A DNA stretch of 64,000 bases from positions 210,635 to 274,634 of the forward strand of contig DMXO01000002.1 of NCBI GenBank assembly GCA_003482855.1. Reading direction: 5' to 3'. Shown in pieces: positions 1-10,231 of the stretch (position 1 is the stretch's first letter; each line of letters begins with the position of its first letter). This stretch comes from Candidatus Magasanikiibacteriota bacterium (GTDB lineage Bacteria; Patescibacteriota; Patescibacteriia; Magasanikbacterales; UBA922). Both the position numbers and the translations under genes were made by a program. Below the pieces are notes generated by a model. The model saw only the letters and a program-made list of their open reading frames with translations, was not told the DNA's origin and ran no database searches.

Positions 1-114
1 ATGATACATTAATGGACTACCTCACAGCAAGCTGACGGAATATGAATAAGTAATTTCGAAGCAATCTTTGAGGAATTAAACCCTCTCGTCCCGGCTATCG
101 TCGGAGATTAAGTT

Positions 115-295
115 ATGTTATATGTGTTATATGTCATAAATTTGTATATAAGTATATACTATTATATACAATAATATATATAAGTATAGATTAATATATA
201 CTTATAAAATAGTTATATATTATGAAGCCTTATTTGTATATATTATTATATACAAAAATACCATAATTTTATAAAATAAAATTAATACTGAAAAA
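115..295. repeat. TA-rich low-complexity/(TATA)n-like tract
   Basis: Direct reading: long run of tatata/atatat-rich degenerate repeats upstream of first ORF. Confidence 0.5.
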
Positions 296-317
296 GAATA
301 CTCTTTCCAACATCCTA

Positions 318-346
318 TTGACAAAAATAGGTATTTTTGTTAATAT
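318..346 (+). promoter_or_regulatory. sigma70-like promoter (TTGACA-17-TAATAT)
   Basis: ttgaca at 318-323, 17-nt spacer, taatat at 341-346, about 25 nt upstream of ORF start 371. Confidence 0.4.
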
Positions 347-370
347 TACTCTATACAAATATACCTATCT

Positions 371-685
371 ATGCCTGATCAAAATACACAAATAACAGGA
401 CAGAAACAAAAAGAAATCGTTCGTGTCTCTATATCAGAGGCAGCACGCTTATTTGGTGTCAACCCACAGACAATACGCAGAGCTATCAAAAGCAAAGAAA
501 TAACCTACGTAGTGGTGGCAGGTAGATACAAAATAAACTTCGAAAGCCTGGTCAAATGGTCTCAGGAAAAAACAACTGTAAAAAACAAAACAGAGAAATT
601 TGGTATAGGTCAGTATGTGGATAAATGGAAAATAAAAAACACCCTCTACTCCCCAAGTGTGAAGAGTATAAAAAATAAAGAATAA
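371..685 (+). CDS. excisionase-family/MerR-like helix-turn-helix DNA-binding protein
   Basis: Motif VSISEAARLFGVNPQTIRRAIKSKEI matches excisionase-family HTH pattern; small basic protein. Confidence 0.5.
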   Translation: MPDQNTQITGQKQKEIVRVSISEAARLFGVNPQTIRRAIKSKEITYVVVAGRYKINFESLVKWSQEKTTVKNKTEKFGIGQYVDKWKIKNTLYSPSVKSIKNKE

Positions 686-771
686 GAATGAGATATTGAG
701 ATATTAAAGATATTTTGGATATTAAACAATAAATAATCCGGATACGCCTGCAATAGGCGTTTTATTATAAG

Positions 772-2721
772 TTGGCACATCATCTCCAAAATATCCTAAT
801 ATCAATATCTTTAATATTCAATATCAAAATAATATCTAGCAAATCTAAACGTTCTTGTGTATACTATACACATATGCAATTTGTCGAAAAACACCTAACA
901 AAACACCATCTATTCCATGCCCCTCACAAATGGTTTTTTGCATTTCTTTCATCCCCTATTCACTTTGCCGAATTACATTATAAAAAGAAATACCATCTCA
1001 AATTTGTCCACGCAAAAAAATTATTTGTATTTGACATGCTCTTGCTTCTATCTACAGTAGCTATTTTTATAAGCGCTATATTTTGGTGGGCATACGACCC
1101 AACACTCACTGATCTTATTTATATTACTATTGAACCCACCAAATCTCGTATCATCAGCGGTGAGCAGGTCGGATATCGTATTGTATACAAAAATGAAAGT
1201 GACGTAGGACTTTTTGGTACCACGCTTACGCTTGCCACTCCAGAAGGTTTTGTAGAGACTCAGGTAGTACCTTTTTCATCATATTATGCTACTGCAAAGA
1301 CATTTTCTATCAATGAGCTCAAACCACAAGAGTGGGGTGAAATATATATAGAAGGAATGTTATATGGAACTCCACACAAAGAAACACCTTTGCAAGCAAT
1401 ACTTGAATACACCCAAGAAGGTAGACAAAAGAAAGAACGCAAGATTAGCCCTCATGTAACCATTGTACGTGGTTCACTACTCAAGACAACTATTGATGCA
1501 TCTACGTCTGCACTCAATGACTCAACTACCCCACTTCATATTACACTTACCAACACAGGAGAAGTTGATTTTCCTCTTGTGTCTGTACCCATTCCTTTAC
1601 CACAAGGACTTACTCTAAAAAATCCTCGCGTTGATTTTGGTAAAATAAAAGAAAATCTATGGGACATCGGCACATTAGTGCCTGGCCAAACAGCCACGCT
1701 TGATGCAATGATAGATATACACAATCCTCAAACTCAAGAAATTATTCTCGAAATCACTCCCCAAATATCATTGACTCCTGGACAAAGCATCCTTCAAGAA
1801 ACTCAGAAACATACGCTAACTATCGTATACCCGCACTTATCTGTCTCATCCTCATGGAGCGACAATAGACAATCGTCTAGGCCAGGAGAGACTCCTCAGC
1901 TTATCTACACATTATATAATGACAGTAATACCACACTATCAGATATCGAACTGCACGTGCCTCTCACCGCAGGAGTCGTACATACGAATCAGTTTGGTAC
2001 ACTCAATAAATCGCTTGTGACAAATGGCACAGGTATACTCACAAAAAATAACATACCAGAATTATCATTGCTTATCCCTGGTCAACGCGTGACTGTCCCT
2101 CTATATGTACCCATAGTACAAACACCACAGAATGGCACAGACATCATTCTCAACCTCACGCCAGAAATATATGCCCATGTATCAGGAGTAGAACATGCTA
2201 CATACACCACACAGACACAATCTCCCAAGCTTGCTATTGGTACACAAATACTACTGAACTCTCAATTACGATACTATACCAACGAAGGAGACCAGCTCGG
2301 TCGTGGTCCATTGCCCCCACAAGTAGGCAAAGAAACAAAATACTGGGCCATGATACAAATGACCAATACCACAAGCCGTATAGAAAACCTCATGTTCAAA
2401 GCACAGCTTCCTTCATATGCCACATGGACTGGCAAGACAAGCGTCACACACGGCAGCGATGTTTCATACAATCCACAGACACGACAGATTTCGTGGTCTC
2501 TTTCTAATTTAGGAGCGCATACAACTGCGGGTATTTATTTCGAGTTAGCATTCACACCAATAGAATCCCAGCAAAACACTTCGCCTGTCTTACTACAAAA
2601 CATAAGTTTAAATGCACAAGACGGCTATATCCAAGTGCCCATATACAAGACTTCAAACAATCTAGATATCTCTATCCCAGCTGATACTATTGGGAAAGAA
2701 AAAGGTACAGTAGTAGAATAA
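772..2721 (+). CDS. DUF11 ('conserved repeat domain') cell-surface protein with N-terminal TM anchor; likely true start at ATG 1036 (MLLLLSTVAIF...)
   Basis: Repeated DUF11-like units (ITIEPTKSRIISGEQVGYRIVYKNESDVG..., HITLTNTGEVDFPLVSVPIPLPQGLTL). TM helix right after Met-89. 5' part of listed ORF overlaps AT-rich repeat motifs. Confidence 0.5.
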   Translation: MAHHLQNILISISLIFNIKIISSKSKRSCVYYTHMQFVEKHLTKHHLFHAPHKWFFAFLSSPIHFAELHYKKKYHLKFVHAKKLFVFDMLLLLSTVAIFISAIFWWAYDPTLTDLIYITIEPTKSRIISGEQVGYRIVYKNESDVGLFGTTLTLATPEGFVETQVVPFSSYYATAKTFSINELKPQEWGEIYIEGMLYGTPHKETPLQAILEYTQEGRQKKERKISPHVTIVRGSLLKTTIDASTSALNDSTTPLHITLTNTGEVDFPLVSVPIPLPQGLTLKNPRVDFGKIKENLWDIGTLVPGQTATLDAMIDIHNPQTQEIILEITPQISLTPGQSILQETQKHTLTIVYPHLSVSSSWSDNRQSSRPGETPQLIYTLYNDSNTTLSDIELHVPLTAGVVHTNQFGTLNKSLVTNGTGILTKNNIPELSLLIPGQRVTVPLYVPIVQTPQNGTDIILNLTPEIYAHVSGVEHATYTTQTQSPKLAIGTQILLNSQLRYYTNEGDQLGRGPLPPQVGKETKYWAMIQMTNTTSRIENLMFKAQLPSYATWTGKTSVTHGSDVSYNPQTRQISWSLSNLGAHTTAGIYFELAFTPIESQQNTSPVLLQNISLNAQDGYIQVPIYKTSNNLDISIPADTIGKEKGTVVE

Positions 2722-2890
2722 ATAATACATCACACATAACTCAGAAAACATAACATTTTTGTAATAGTTAAAATATACAAACAATGAGTTATGTTATCTG
2801 GGTGGTAAGTCATGAAAAAGTGCTAAAATTAGCTCTTTTTTATATTGTGGATAACTTTATTTCTCGTACTACAAAAATTGCCTGCAAACC

Positions 2891-2919
2891 TTGACAAAAT
2901 AGCTAAATTATGCTATAAT
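2891..2919 (+). promoter_or_regulatory. consensus sigma70 promoter TTGACA-17-TATAAT
   Basis: ttgaca 2891-2896, 17-nt spacer, tataat 2914-2919; about 45 nt upstream of GT4 gene. Confidence 0.6.
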
Positions 2920-2963
2920 TGTCTGTTATTTTAAGATACCTTACATAGGTACGAATATCACAT

Positions 2964-4145
2964 ATGCGTATAGCATTCATTGGACAAAAAGGAATACCAG
3001 CAACCTACGGTGGCGTAGAACAACACGTACATGATCTTGCAATATCTCTTGCTCAAAAAGGCCACGACGTAACTGCATACAGCCGTGCCTGGTACACCAA
3101 ATCAAAAGCACCTACACACAAAGGTGTGTCTCTTGTGTATACTCCTTCTATCCATACCAAACATTTGGATGCTATTTCACATACATTCACATCTACTCTA
3201 CATGCAATATTCAAAAAATATGATGTGATCCATTATCACGGTGTTGGGCCATCACTTCTCTCATGGATCCCACGCCTACTTTCTCCACGTACAAAAGTAA
3301 TAACCACATTCCACTCTATTGATAGATACCACAAAAAATGGAATAGCATTGCAAAATTCTTTTTGCGTATTGGTGAATATACCGCATGTACATTTGCACA
3401 CAAGACTATTACTGTGTCACAAGGACTCAGGAATTATTGTATCAATGAATTCAATAAACATACTGCGTATATACCAAACGGTGTACATACAGAATATGAT
3501 ACAAGTACGGGTGATCTCATTTCACCATTTGGACTCACAAGAAAAAACTATATTGTCATGGTGTCTCGACTTGTTCCGCACAAAGGAGCACACCTCTTGA
3601 TTGAAGCATTCCACAATCTCAAAGCACGACATGCAGACGATCCATACATCACAAATCTAAAACTTGCGATAGTCGGTGGATCTGCATACACTGATGATTA
3701 TGTCCGTCATCTGCATATACAAGCAAGCAATGTCAACGACATCATATTTACCGACTTCCAATCTGGTGATACACTGCGTGAGCTCTATCGCCATGCTCTA
3801 GCGCTCGTACACCCATCACTCAATGAAGGATTGCCTATCACGGTGCTCCAAGCAATGAGCCACAATACACCCGTACTCGTATCTACTATTCCTGAACACA
3901 TGGAAATTATCAGCGACCCTCGTGCGCTATTTAGAGAGAATGACGTTGACTCTATTGTGCAGTGTATATATGACTTCATTAATTTGCCTCGGGAAGAAAA
4001 AGAAAAGATGATAAAAGAAAACATGCAGACACTGCACGAACGATATAGCTGGGATATCGTAGTACCTCAAATTGAAAAAGTGTATAAACAAAAAACCAAA
4101 CGACAACAAAAGTATACGCAGAGTTTGAGTGAACTACCAGCGTAA
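2964..4145 (+). CDS. glycosyltransferase family 4 (GT4)
   Basis: N-term MRIAFIGQKGIPATYGGVEQHVHDLAISLAQKGHDV typical of GT4 retaining glycosyltransferases; about 390 aa. Confidence 0.85.
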   Translation: MRIAFIGQKGIPATYGGVEQHVHDLAISLAQKGHDVTAYSRAWYTKSKAPTHKGVSLVYTPSIHTKHLDAISHTFTSTLHAIFKKYDVIHYHGVGPSLLSWIPRLLSPRTKVITTFHSIDRYHKKWNSIAKFFLRIGEYTACTFAHKTITVSQGLRNYCINEFNKHTAYIPNGVHTEYDTSTGDLISPFGLTRKNYIVMVSRLVPHKGAHLLIEAFHNLKARHADDPYITNLKLAIVGGSAYTDDYVRHLHIQASNVNDIIFTDFQSGDTLRELYRHALALVHPSLNEGLPITVLQAMSHNTPVLVSTIPEHMEIISDPRALFRENDVDSIVQCIYDFINLPREEKEKMIKENMQTLHERYSWDIVVPQIEKVYKQKTKRQQKYTQSLSELPA

Positions 4146-4164
4146 AAAATCTAAAAACATAAAA

Positions 4165-4200
4165 ACCATCCTTATAAAAGGGTGGTTTTTGTTTTGTTTA
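4165..4200 (+). terminator. rho-independent terminator-like hairpin plus T-run
   Basis: aaaaccatccttataaaagggtggtttttgttttg: stem (with one G.U pair) followed by T-run after GT4 stop. Confidence 0.5.
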
Positions 4201-4396
4201 CTATAACACAGAGTAATATCATTGGGGGTTCGGGGTGGCTACTGTTTGAGCGTCACTGCAAATAAGATGGTATATAATTCTTTGGTATAGCGAGTTTAGC
4301 CACCCCGACACTTTTTGTTACTTTTTGGTGACAAAAAGTAAGCAAGAGGGTGATCACATAAAATACCAATATCCTAATATCCAATATCTTAATATT

Positions 4397-6394
4397 TTAA
4401 AAAGCTCCTTCACTCATCCCTATAATATCATCCTTTCCATCAAAATCCACGTCCACTGCCCTCACATCTATTCCTGGATTACCAAAACTGCTATATGCAG
4501 TAAATGCACTATATTTTTCTTTGCCAGACGCATCAAATATCTTGATAATCGGCGCGCCACCTTTGCCTTTGCCAATAATAACTTCATCTACCCCATCTCC
4601 GTCTACATCTCCTGCCGCGATATGCACGCCACCATAAAATGTAGATTCAAATGCGTTGAAATGATGTTGTTGTTCAAAACTATAATTATATATAGATACA
4701 GACGATCCACCGCTCAGGGCTCCGACAAACAAATAATTGCGTCGCGATATACCTCCATTGTCTATATCCCCCACTGCCAAACTATAACCCCCGTTATATT
4801 GTTCACCAAATGGATAAAAATCATGGCGTACTTTGCGTCCATGACGTGAATATACGCGAATCGGCTCTTTGTATCCTTCGCTTGGTGCTACATACAATTC
4901 AAGATTTTGATCACCATCCAGATCCCCGAGAGCTACATGAAGTGATCCTTCATATTGCGCACCGTACGGATATACATTCATATAGAGCTGTCCATCATCA
5001 CGCCATACTTGTATGCGGTTATGCTTGACAACAATCAATTCACGCTTACCATTGGCATCGAGATCTGTATGCGCGACCTGATAGCCACCTTTTTGTCCAT
5101 CTTCAAATACAAAAAAACCGTTACGCACACGAGAGCTGTCTGGTCTAAAAAATCGTAAAAATGATCCATTGGTAAATAGTACATCGCTCAATGTCTCAAA
5201 TGTTTTGAGCAGTATAAGTCCATCTTTGCCGGGTACCATAACTTCAGACACAATTGACCCGTCATTTATACCTTCATCTTGAGTGCCATGAATTTTTTCA
5301 TATTCACCACCAAGATCCAAAACTTTTGCCTGATTTGTGCTGTTGACAATAGACACGCCATGTTCAAAATTGCGTTTCCATACATCTTCTTTGTATGTCG
5401 TATATGATTGCTGCGATGTGGCAGGAGCTATTGGTTCACCCAAATCTACATCATATTCATCATACCACCATGTCTGGCCATGATCTGTGTCACCATGGTC
5501 GAAGGAAAAATAAATATTATTTTCAAGCAAACTACTTGTAATGCCAAAGCGCATTTTTTTGTAATCATCATTATTTCCATTATTATTGGTATTACTATTG
5601 AAAATGATAATCTGCGGTTTTTTATTATCTTTTTTGATGCGTACTACATTATTCATAATGGTAGACCATGAGCCATCCCCTTCCCATGGTGTAGGAAATG
5701 TCTCAAACATGCGACCATTCACATACTGCTGAAAATCTGTGTGAGAACTACCATTCATAATAATATAATCAGTGTTCAAGTGGTCCTGCGCATATTTGAG
5801 TAAATATTGTGTACGTTCACGCCAGAGAGGGTCTGCCTCAGATGGAATATCCTTTTGCCCGTCATTATTGAGATCTATATTCCCCCCATTTGCCCATGAA
5901 ATATTTTCTGATATCATATCAAAAAATATCCCGTCTACATGCGACAAAGACATAATATAGGTATTGCAAAATTCAACAAGATATTTACTCCACGCATGAT
6001 CCATATTTATGTTATAAATACCATCCCACGTAGACACTTGTCTACCAGACGAATCACGAAGCCACCACGTATTGTCCACATTCATATGTCTAAATACGTT
6101 ATCTGAAGACCAATACGTATAGTTATAACTTTGTGAAGGAATATATGCCAATATAATAATATCTGGATTTTGTTTCTTGATAGAATCTATGGTAGATTGT
6201 CGCGCTGCTATTTGAGCAGGCGTGAGTATGAGCACATCATAACGAGCAAAATCGGCTGCGTTACCATCAGAAATCGCATTGAGATAATAATTGGCAATAT
6301 AAGGAGCATCCTGTGTATATACAAAACTACCAGCAAAGAAGCTAGCCATGATAATTATCGCAATAATAGTTTTTGCACTACACAAAATTTTCAT
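4397..6394 (-). CDS. secreted protein: N-terminal TIM-barrel glycoside-hydrolase-like domain plus C-terminal FG-GAP/VCBS repeats (likely start MKILCSAKTIIAIIIMASFFAG at 6394)
   Basis: Signal-peptide-like N-term; C-terminal repeated DGDG/DxDxDG motifs (DGDGVDEVIIGKGKGG, DLDGDQNLELYV, DIDNGGISRRNYLFVGALSGG) typical of FG-GAP. GH-like assignment tentative. Confidence 0.6.
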   Translation of the reverse strand: MKILCSAKTIIAIIIMASFFAGSFVYTQDAPYIANYYLNAISDGNAADFARYDVLILTPAQIAARQSTIDSIKKQNPDIIILAYIPSQSYNYTYWSSDNVFRHMNVDNTWWLRDSSGRQVSTWDGIYNINMDHAWSKYLVEFCNTYIMSLSHVDGIFFDMISENISWANGGNIDLNNDGQKDIPSEADPLWRERTQYLLKYAQDHLNTDYIIMNGSSHTDFQQYVNGRMFETFPTPWEGDGSWSTIMNNVVRIKKDNKKPQIIIFNSNTNNNGNNDDYKKMRFGITSSLLENNIYFSFDHGDTDHGQTWWYDEYDVDLGEPIAPATSQQSYTTYKEDVWKRNFEHGVSIVNSTNQAKVLDLGGEYEKIHGTQDEGINDGSIVSEVMVPGKDGLILLKTFETLSDVLFTNGSFLRFFRPDSSRVRNGFFVFEDGQKGGYQVAHTDLDANGKRELIVVKHNRIQVWRDDGQLYMNVYPYGAQYEGSLHVALGDLDGDQNLELYVAPSEGYKEPIRVYSRHGRKVRHDFYPFGEQYNGGYSLAVGDIDNGGISRRNYLFVGALSGGSSVSIYNYSFEQQHHFNAFESTFYGGVHIAAGDVDGDGVDEVIIGKGKGGAPIIKIFDASGKEKYSAFTAYSSFGNPGIDVRAVDVDFDGKDDIIGMSEGAF

Positions 6395-7559
6395 AGATAG
6401 ATACCAATTGTGTATAATATGCCTCTCCATTATTTTGTTCTTGCACTTGTGTCTGAAGATCTCTGCCAACTTTCACAAGTTCACGATCATCTGCGTTGTA
6501 CCACATCTCAATAGTCTGAGAAAATTCGTCTACATTTGCGGGATCACATAGCATATGTTGTGGTAACATTTCTACCACTCCTCCAATTCGTGAAGCAACC
6601 ACTGGCTTGCCATACGCTTTTGCTTCGAGAATGCTCAGGGGATAATTTTCATACCACTGCGAAGGCACGACAACCACACGCGCATTACACATAATTGTAT
6701 CCAATTCTTTGCCTGATGTATATCCAACATATACTATATTGGGGATAGCCAAATCTTCTAGTTGTTTTTTCAAAGGGCCATCTCCCACGACCGTGTATGT
6801 GATATGTGGTGTCTTTTTTGCGATTTCGGGAAGCAAAAGTACACCTTTCTCTTGACCCAATCTGCCAATATATAGCACCCCACGTCCTGGTACTACGCCG
6901 ACTTCTTGTGGATTAAAATCAAATGGATTATGTATAACATGTATGTCGCGTTCAAACCCGCATGATACAAATTTTTCTTTCAAAAAATTACTCGGACTAA
7001 TATATGTATCTATCGCACGTGCCCACTTCTTCCATGCCCTCACACAAGCTTCACCTGTGGCAATAATACTTTCACCACCATGTTCCATACAATTATTGAG
7101 CAAACATCGATAATAATGTGACCCACAACAACTTTCATCGATTTTACCGTGATGAAACAAATTATAATTAGGACTTATCATCTTGTAATCATGCAATGTC
7201 ATAACGCATGGGATACCTTTTTCTTGTACAACGTCGAGCAAAGAAAAAGAAAGCTGATGATATATATTATGAATATGTATAACCTCAGGTCCAAAATCTT
7301 CAACCAATTTCCTAAACTTATTTTTTGCGTCTACATTATATATAGATTTCAATGCATCTCGCACCCTACCAAGGCCTCTCACCTGTGAGTAATCTATGAA
7401 GTCAATAAAATAATCATTCTCAATAGTATTTTCAGGATGTTTCATGCCAAAAATTTGAACCTCATGGCCATGTTCCTCAAGCAATTTCTTTGTAGCAAAA
7501 ACAACGCGCTCTGCCCCGCCACGGATGTACCAATATTTGTTGACGAGTAAAACCTTCAT
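6378..7559 (-). CDS. glycosyltransferase family 4 (GT4)
   Basis: MKVLLVNKYWYIRGGAERVVFATKKLLEEHGHEVQIFG; C-terminal GT4 sugar-donor binding region. Confidence 0.85.
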   Translation of the reverse strand: MKVLLVNKYWYIRGGAERVVFATKKLLEEHGHEVQIFGMKHPENTIENDYFIDFIDYSQVRGLGRVRDALKSIYNVDAKNKFRKLVEDFGPEVIHIHNIYHQLSFSLLDVVQEKGIPCVMTLHDYKMISPNYNLFHHGKIDESCCGSHYYRCLLNNCMEHGGESIIATGEACVRAWKKWARAIDTYISPSNFLKEKFVSCGFERDIHVIHNPFDFNPQEVGVVPGRGVLYIGRLGQEKGVLLLPEIAKKTPHITYTVVGDGPLKKQLEDLAIPNIVYVGYTSGKELDTIMCNARVVVVPSQWYENYPLSILEAKAYGKPVVASRIGGVVEMLPQHMLCDPANVDEFSQTIEMWYNADDRELVKVGRDLQTQVQEQNNGEAYYTQLVSIYENFV

Positions 7560-8560
7560 AAATCCCTCATCCCCCCAACCTTATTTTTCACTATCCAACA
7601 TGCAACTTTGTGTGGATTTTTCTTGATTGCCGTACGCGCGGTACATATCATCCATGCAGGCCGTCCAATCGTACGCACTTTCTCTCGTGCATCATCTGCA
7701 CGCGGTCCATACCACAGATCATCCCACGTACCATAATTTTGAATATTTCCCATGGGGTAATTGTGCACCACAGACGGATACACAACACCACGCGGATCAA
7801 GATAAAAAAACTTAGTCCCCGGGTCATTATTCAAAACTTGTTTTTTCTCTATGCTAAATTTGTATAGTCCGTGCGAAAAAAATGCCCGCACCCATTTTTT
7901 GGGATGCCATGACGAAAGCTCGCTATTGATGATATGCAAATATTGTTTTTTGAGTTCATTCAGATCTGGTTTATTATCATCATTATTTGCTCCACCAAAA
8001 TAATGTTCAGAGGTCTGAGCAAATGCATGAGTAAATTGAATTCCCCTCTTTTGTGTTTCATCATAGACACGACCAAAATCTTGTATGTTTTGCGGTAGTA
8101 TGGTGAATGCCATACGCAAATTTTTCATACCCAATTTTTGCAATCGTTCTATAGTCTCTGTCACTTTGTCCCAAGCTTGAGGGATGCGTCGTATCTTTTC
8201 GTGCATATCCCCATATCCATCTACTGACACCGCCACACCGATATCTGGCTTCACTTTCAAAACATCTTTCATCTGCTTTTCGATAAACGCGGGCATGAAG
8301 CCGTTGGTAGAGATAACCATACGCGCTTTGGGAGCAGCCTTTTGTGCTGTCGCAATAATATCTGCAATATCTTTGCGCAAAAATGGCTCGCCACCAGAAA
8401 TGTTGATATCACGTAATGTGGGTGGAAGCTTTTTGTATTCTTCGACTGGTAACTCAGGAAATTCTTTAATTTTCCAAATATCACACATCACACAGCGAGC
8501 ATTACAGTTGTACGTGATGCCGAGGACGCAGTCGATGGGGAGTTGAACTTTGGACGACAT
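7556..8560 (-). CDS. radical SAM enzyme (CX3CX2C)
   Basis: GITYNCNARCVMCDIWK contains the canonical CxxxCxxC 4Fe-4S/SAM motif; ATGA overlap with downstream GT4. Confidence 0.75.
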   Translation of the reverse strand: MSSKVQLPIDCVLGITYNCNARCVMCDIWKIKEFPELPVEEYKKLPPTLRDINISGGEPFLRKDIADIIATAQKAAPKARMVISTNGFMPAFIEKQMKDVLKVKPDIGVAVSVDGYGDMHEKIRRIPQAWDKVTETIERLQKLGMKNLRMAFTILPQNIQDFGRVYDETQKRGIQFTHAFAQTSEHYFGGANNDDNKPDLNELKKQYLHIINSELSSWHPKKWVRAFFSHGLYKFSIEKKQVLNNDPGTKFFYLDPRGVVYPSVVHNYPMGNIQNYGTWDDLWYGPRADDAREKVRTIGRPAWMICTARTAIKKNPHKVACWIVKNKVGGMRDL

Positions 8561-8562
8561 AA

Positions 8563-8625
8563 CAAATATTAAGATATTAAGATATTAAGATATTGTGTAA
8601 CATAATATCTTAATATCACAATTTC
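8563..8625. repeat. TTAAGATA tandem repeat (x3) plus inverted copy AATATCTTAATAT
   Basis: atattaagatattaagatattaagatatt ... aatatcttaatat, directly upstream of radical SAM start. Confidence 0.6.
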
Positions 8626-8633
8626 TCAGTTTC

Positions 8634-10127
8634 CTATTCCCCTTCCAATATATTCCCCTTATGCTTTTCTCTATACCAACAAAGTGCGACGATCCCTACA
8701 ATTGTCCAATAATAAAACATAAGTGTACGGAATTCAAAATACGGGCCAAAAAAACCAATACACATTACCCCTGCAGTCAGACCAACAAGCCCTTCGGCAA
8801 TGACATGTTCAAACACGTCGTGTACACTCTTGCGAACTACACAGGCCATGCGCATGATAGTAACAAATATACCAAACCACACGATGAGTCCTATCGTACC
8901 AAACTCTCCCCATATGCTCATCCAATTATTATCAATCTGTCCATATAGATTCTGAATGCCAAACGGCATATGCAGACGGTCATACATATCGGTATGCAGT
9001 AGTGCAGCTGCGACACCTCCGCCGTACTGTCCTGGTCCCACGCCAAATAATGGATACTGTGATACGACCAAACGAGGCGTATTGATAATAAAAAATATGC
9101 GCCCATATCCATCATAGCTATCACGCCACGCTTGAAAACTAAAAGCTTCAAACACACGCTCGCCAAATGATTGTGTCGGTTTCTCAGTCACTGATGTGAC
9201 ATTGGTCTTCACTAATGCAAACCCGACCAAATATATGAGTACGATACTTACAAAAATTCCAAGCCCGACTGCCACGCGTCTATCGCGTCGTAATGCAAGT
9301 CCTATGACTGCGATACCTACAAAAGCCGCAATCCAACTCGCGCGTGATGATGTGAGGAAGAGTACCACAAGCCCGGCAAACCCCGCCACCATATACCAAA
9401 TTTTACGAGTAGATTTATCTCGGGTAAAAATCCACGGGAAAAACATCACAAGGCCAAGCGCGACAAAACTCCCGAGTTGATCATATCTTCCCATGGTTGC
9501 AAATACACGGCTTCCTGTTGTCCAAAACTGTTCAAGTCCACCAAGAAGTGCTGCATTGCCTACCATGACCGTACGTGTAGAAAACAAATACTGATCCAGA
9601 TAACCACCTGACACATATTGAATAAGGCCAAATACAATTTCAACCACCATCATGGTACCACCAATCATTACCATGTTTTTCAATATTTCTTTGTCATATT
9701 GGATCCACAGTATGACAAAGAGCATCAATACAAAACGCAGTATCTGTCGCAATCCAAATGCCCATATCCATGGGCTATACCAATTCACAATGAGTGACAA
9801 ACACGCGACAAGGACAAAGCCAATAAACCATGCATTGAGTGGCTGTCGCGGTAATAATTTCTTCTTTCTACGGACAAACGATATCAGACTTCCACCAACC
9901 AAACCATACATGATAACTTCAGGGATATACTTCACATACGCGAAATAATCTATAGGTGTATACATGAGTACTAGACTTTCCAAAGGAAACCAAACAAGGA
10001 GACCATAAATGATCCACTCACTTTTCCTTATGGTAAATGTAAACAAAAAGCCCAAAACAAATATACAACATAACAAAAAAAGACCAATAAAATTGTTCGG
10101 TAAATAAGCTAACATCGTATCAATCAT
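8634..10127 (-). CDS. O-antigen ligase/polymerase (Wzy-like) polytopic membrane protein
   Basis: About 12 TM helices; TSSRASWIAAFVGIAVIGLAL segment resembles Wzy_C/O-antigen ligase signature region. Confidence 0.7.
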   Translation of the reverse strand: MIDTMLAYLPNNFIGLFLLCCIFVLGFLFTFTIRKSEWIIYGLLVWFPLESLVLMYTPIDYFAYVKYIPEVIMYGLVGGSLISFVRRKKKLLPRQPLNAWFIGFVLVACLSLIVNWYSPWIWAFGLRQILRFVLMLFVILWIQYDKEILKNMVMIGGTMMVVEIVFGLIQYVSGGYLDQYLFSTRTVMVGNAALLGGLEQFWTTGSRVFATMGRYDQLGSFVALGLVMFFPWIFTRDKSTRKIWYMVAGFAGLVVLFLTSSRASWIAAFVGIAVIGLALRRDRRVAVGLGIFVSIVLIYLVGFALVKTNVTSVTEKPTQSFGERVFEAFSFQAWRDSYDGYGRIFFIINTPRLVVSQYPLFGVGPGQYGGGVAAALLHTDMYDRLHMPFGIQNLYGQIDNNWMSIWGEFGTIGLIVWFGIFVTIMRMACVVRKSVHDVFEHVIAEGLVGLTAGVMCIGFFGPYFEFRTLMFYYWTIVGIVALCWYREKHKGNILEGE

Positions 10128-10231
10128 AGTACCTATATATTATCATATAGTAAGCATTTTTCAAAGATCAAATCTAGACCAGGCACGAGACACTTATTAA
10201 AACAAAAAACTCCATTTTATAGGAGCCATTT

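Noticed and set aside
4325-6551. Multiple short plus-strand ORFs (4325..4849, 4810..5028, 5408..5671 etc.) antisense to the 690-aa secreted-protein gene
   Set aside because: They are antisense to a long ORF that has FG-GAP motifs, and have no signals of their own
8563-8625. Possible CRISPR array (TTAAGATA x3; other short tandem repeats)
   Set aside because: Units are 7-14 bp and directly tandem without spacers, and there are no cas genes, so this is not CRISPR
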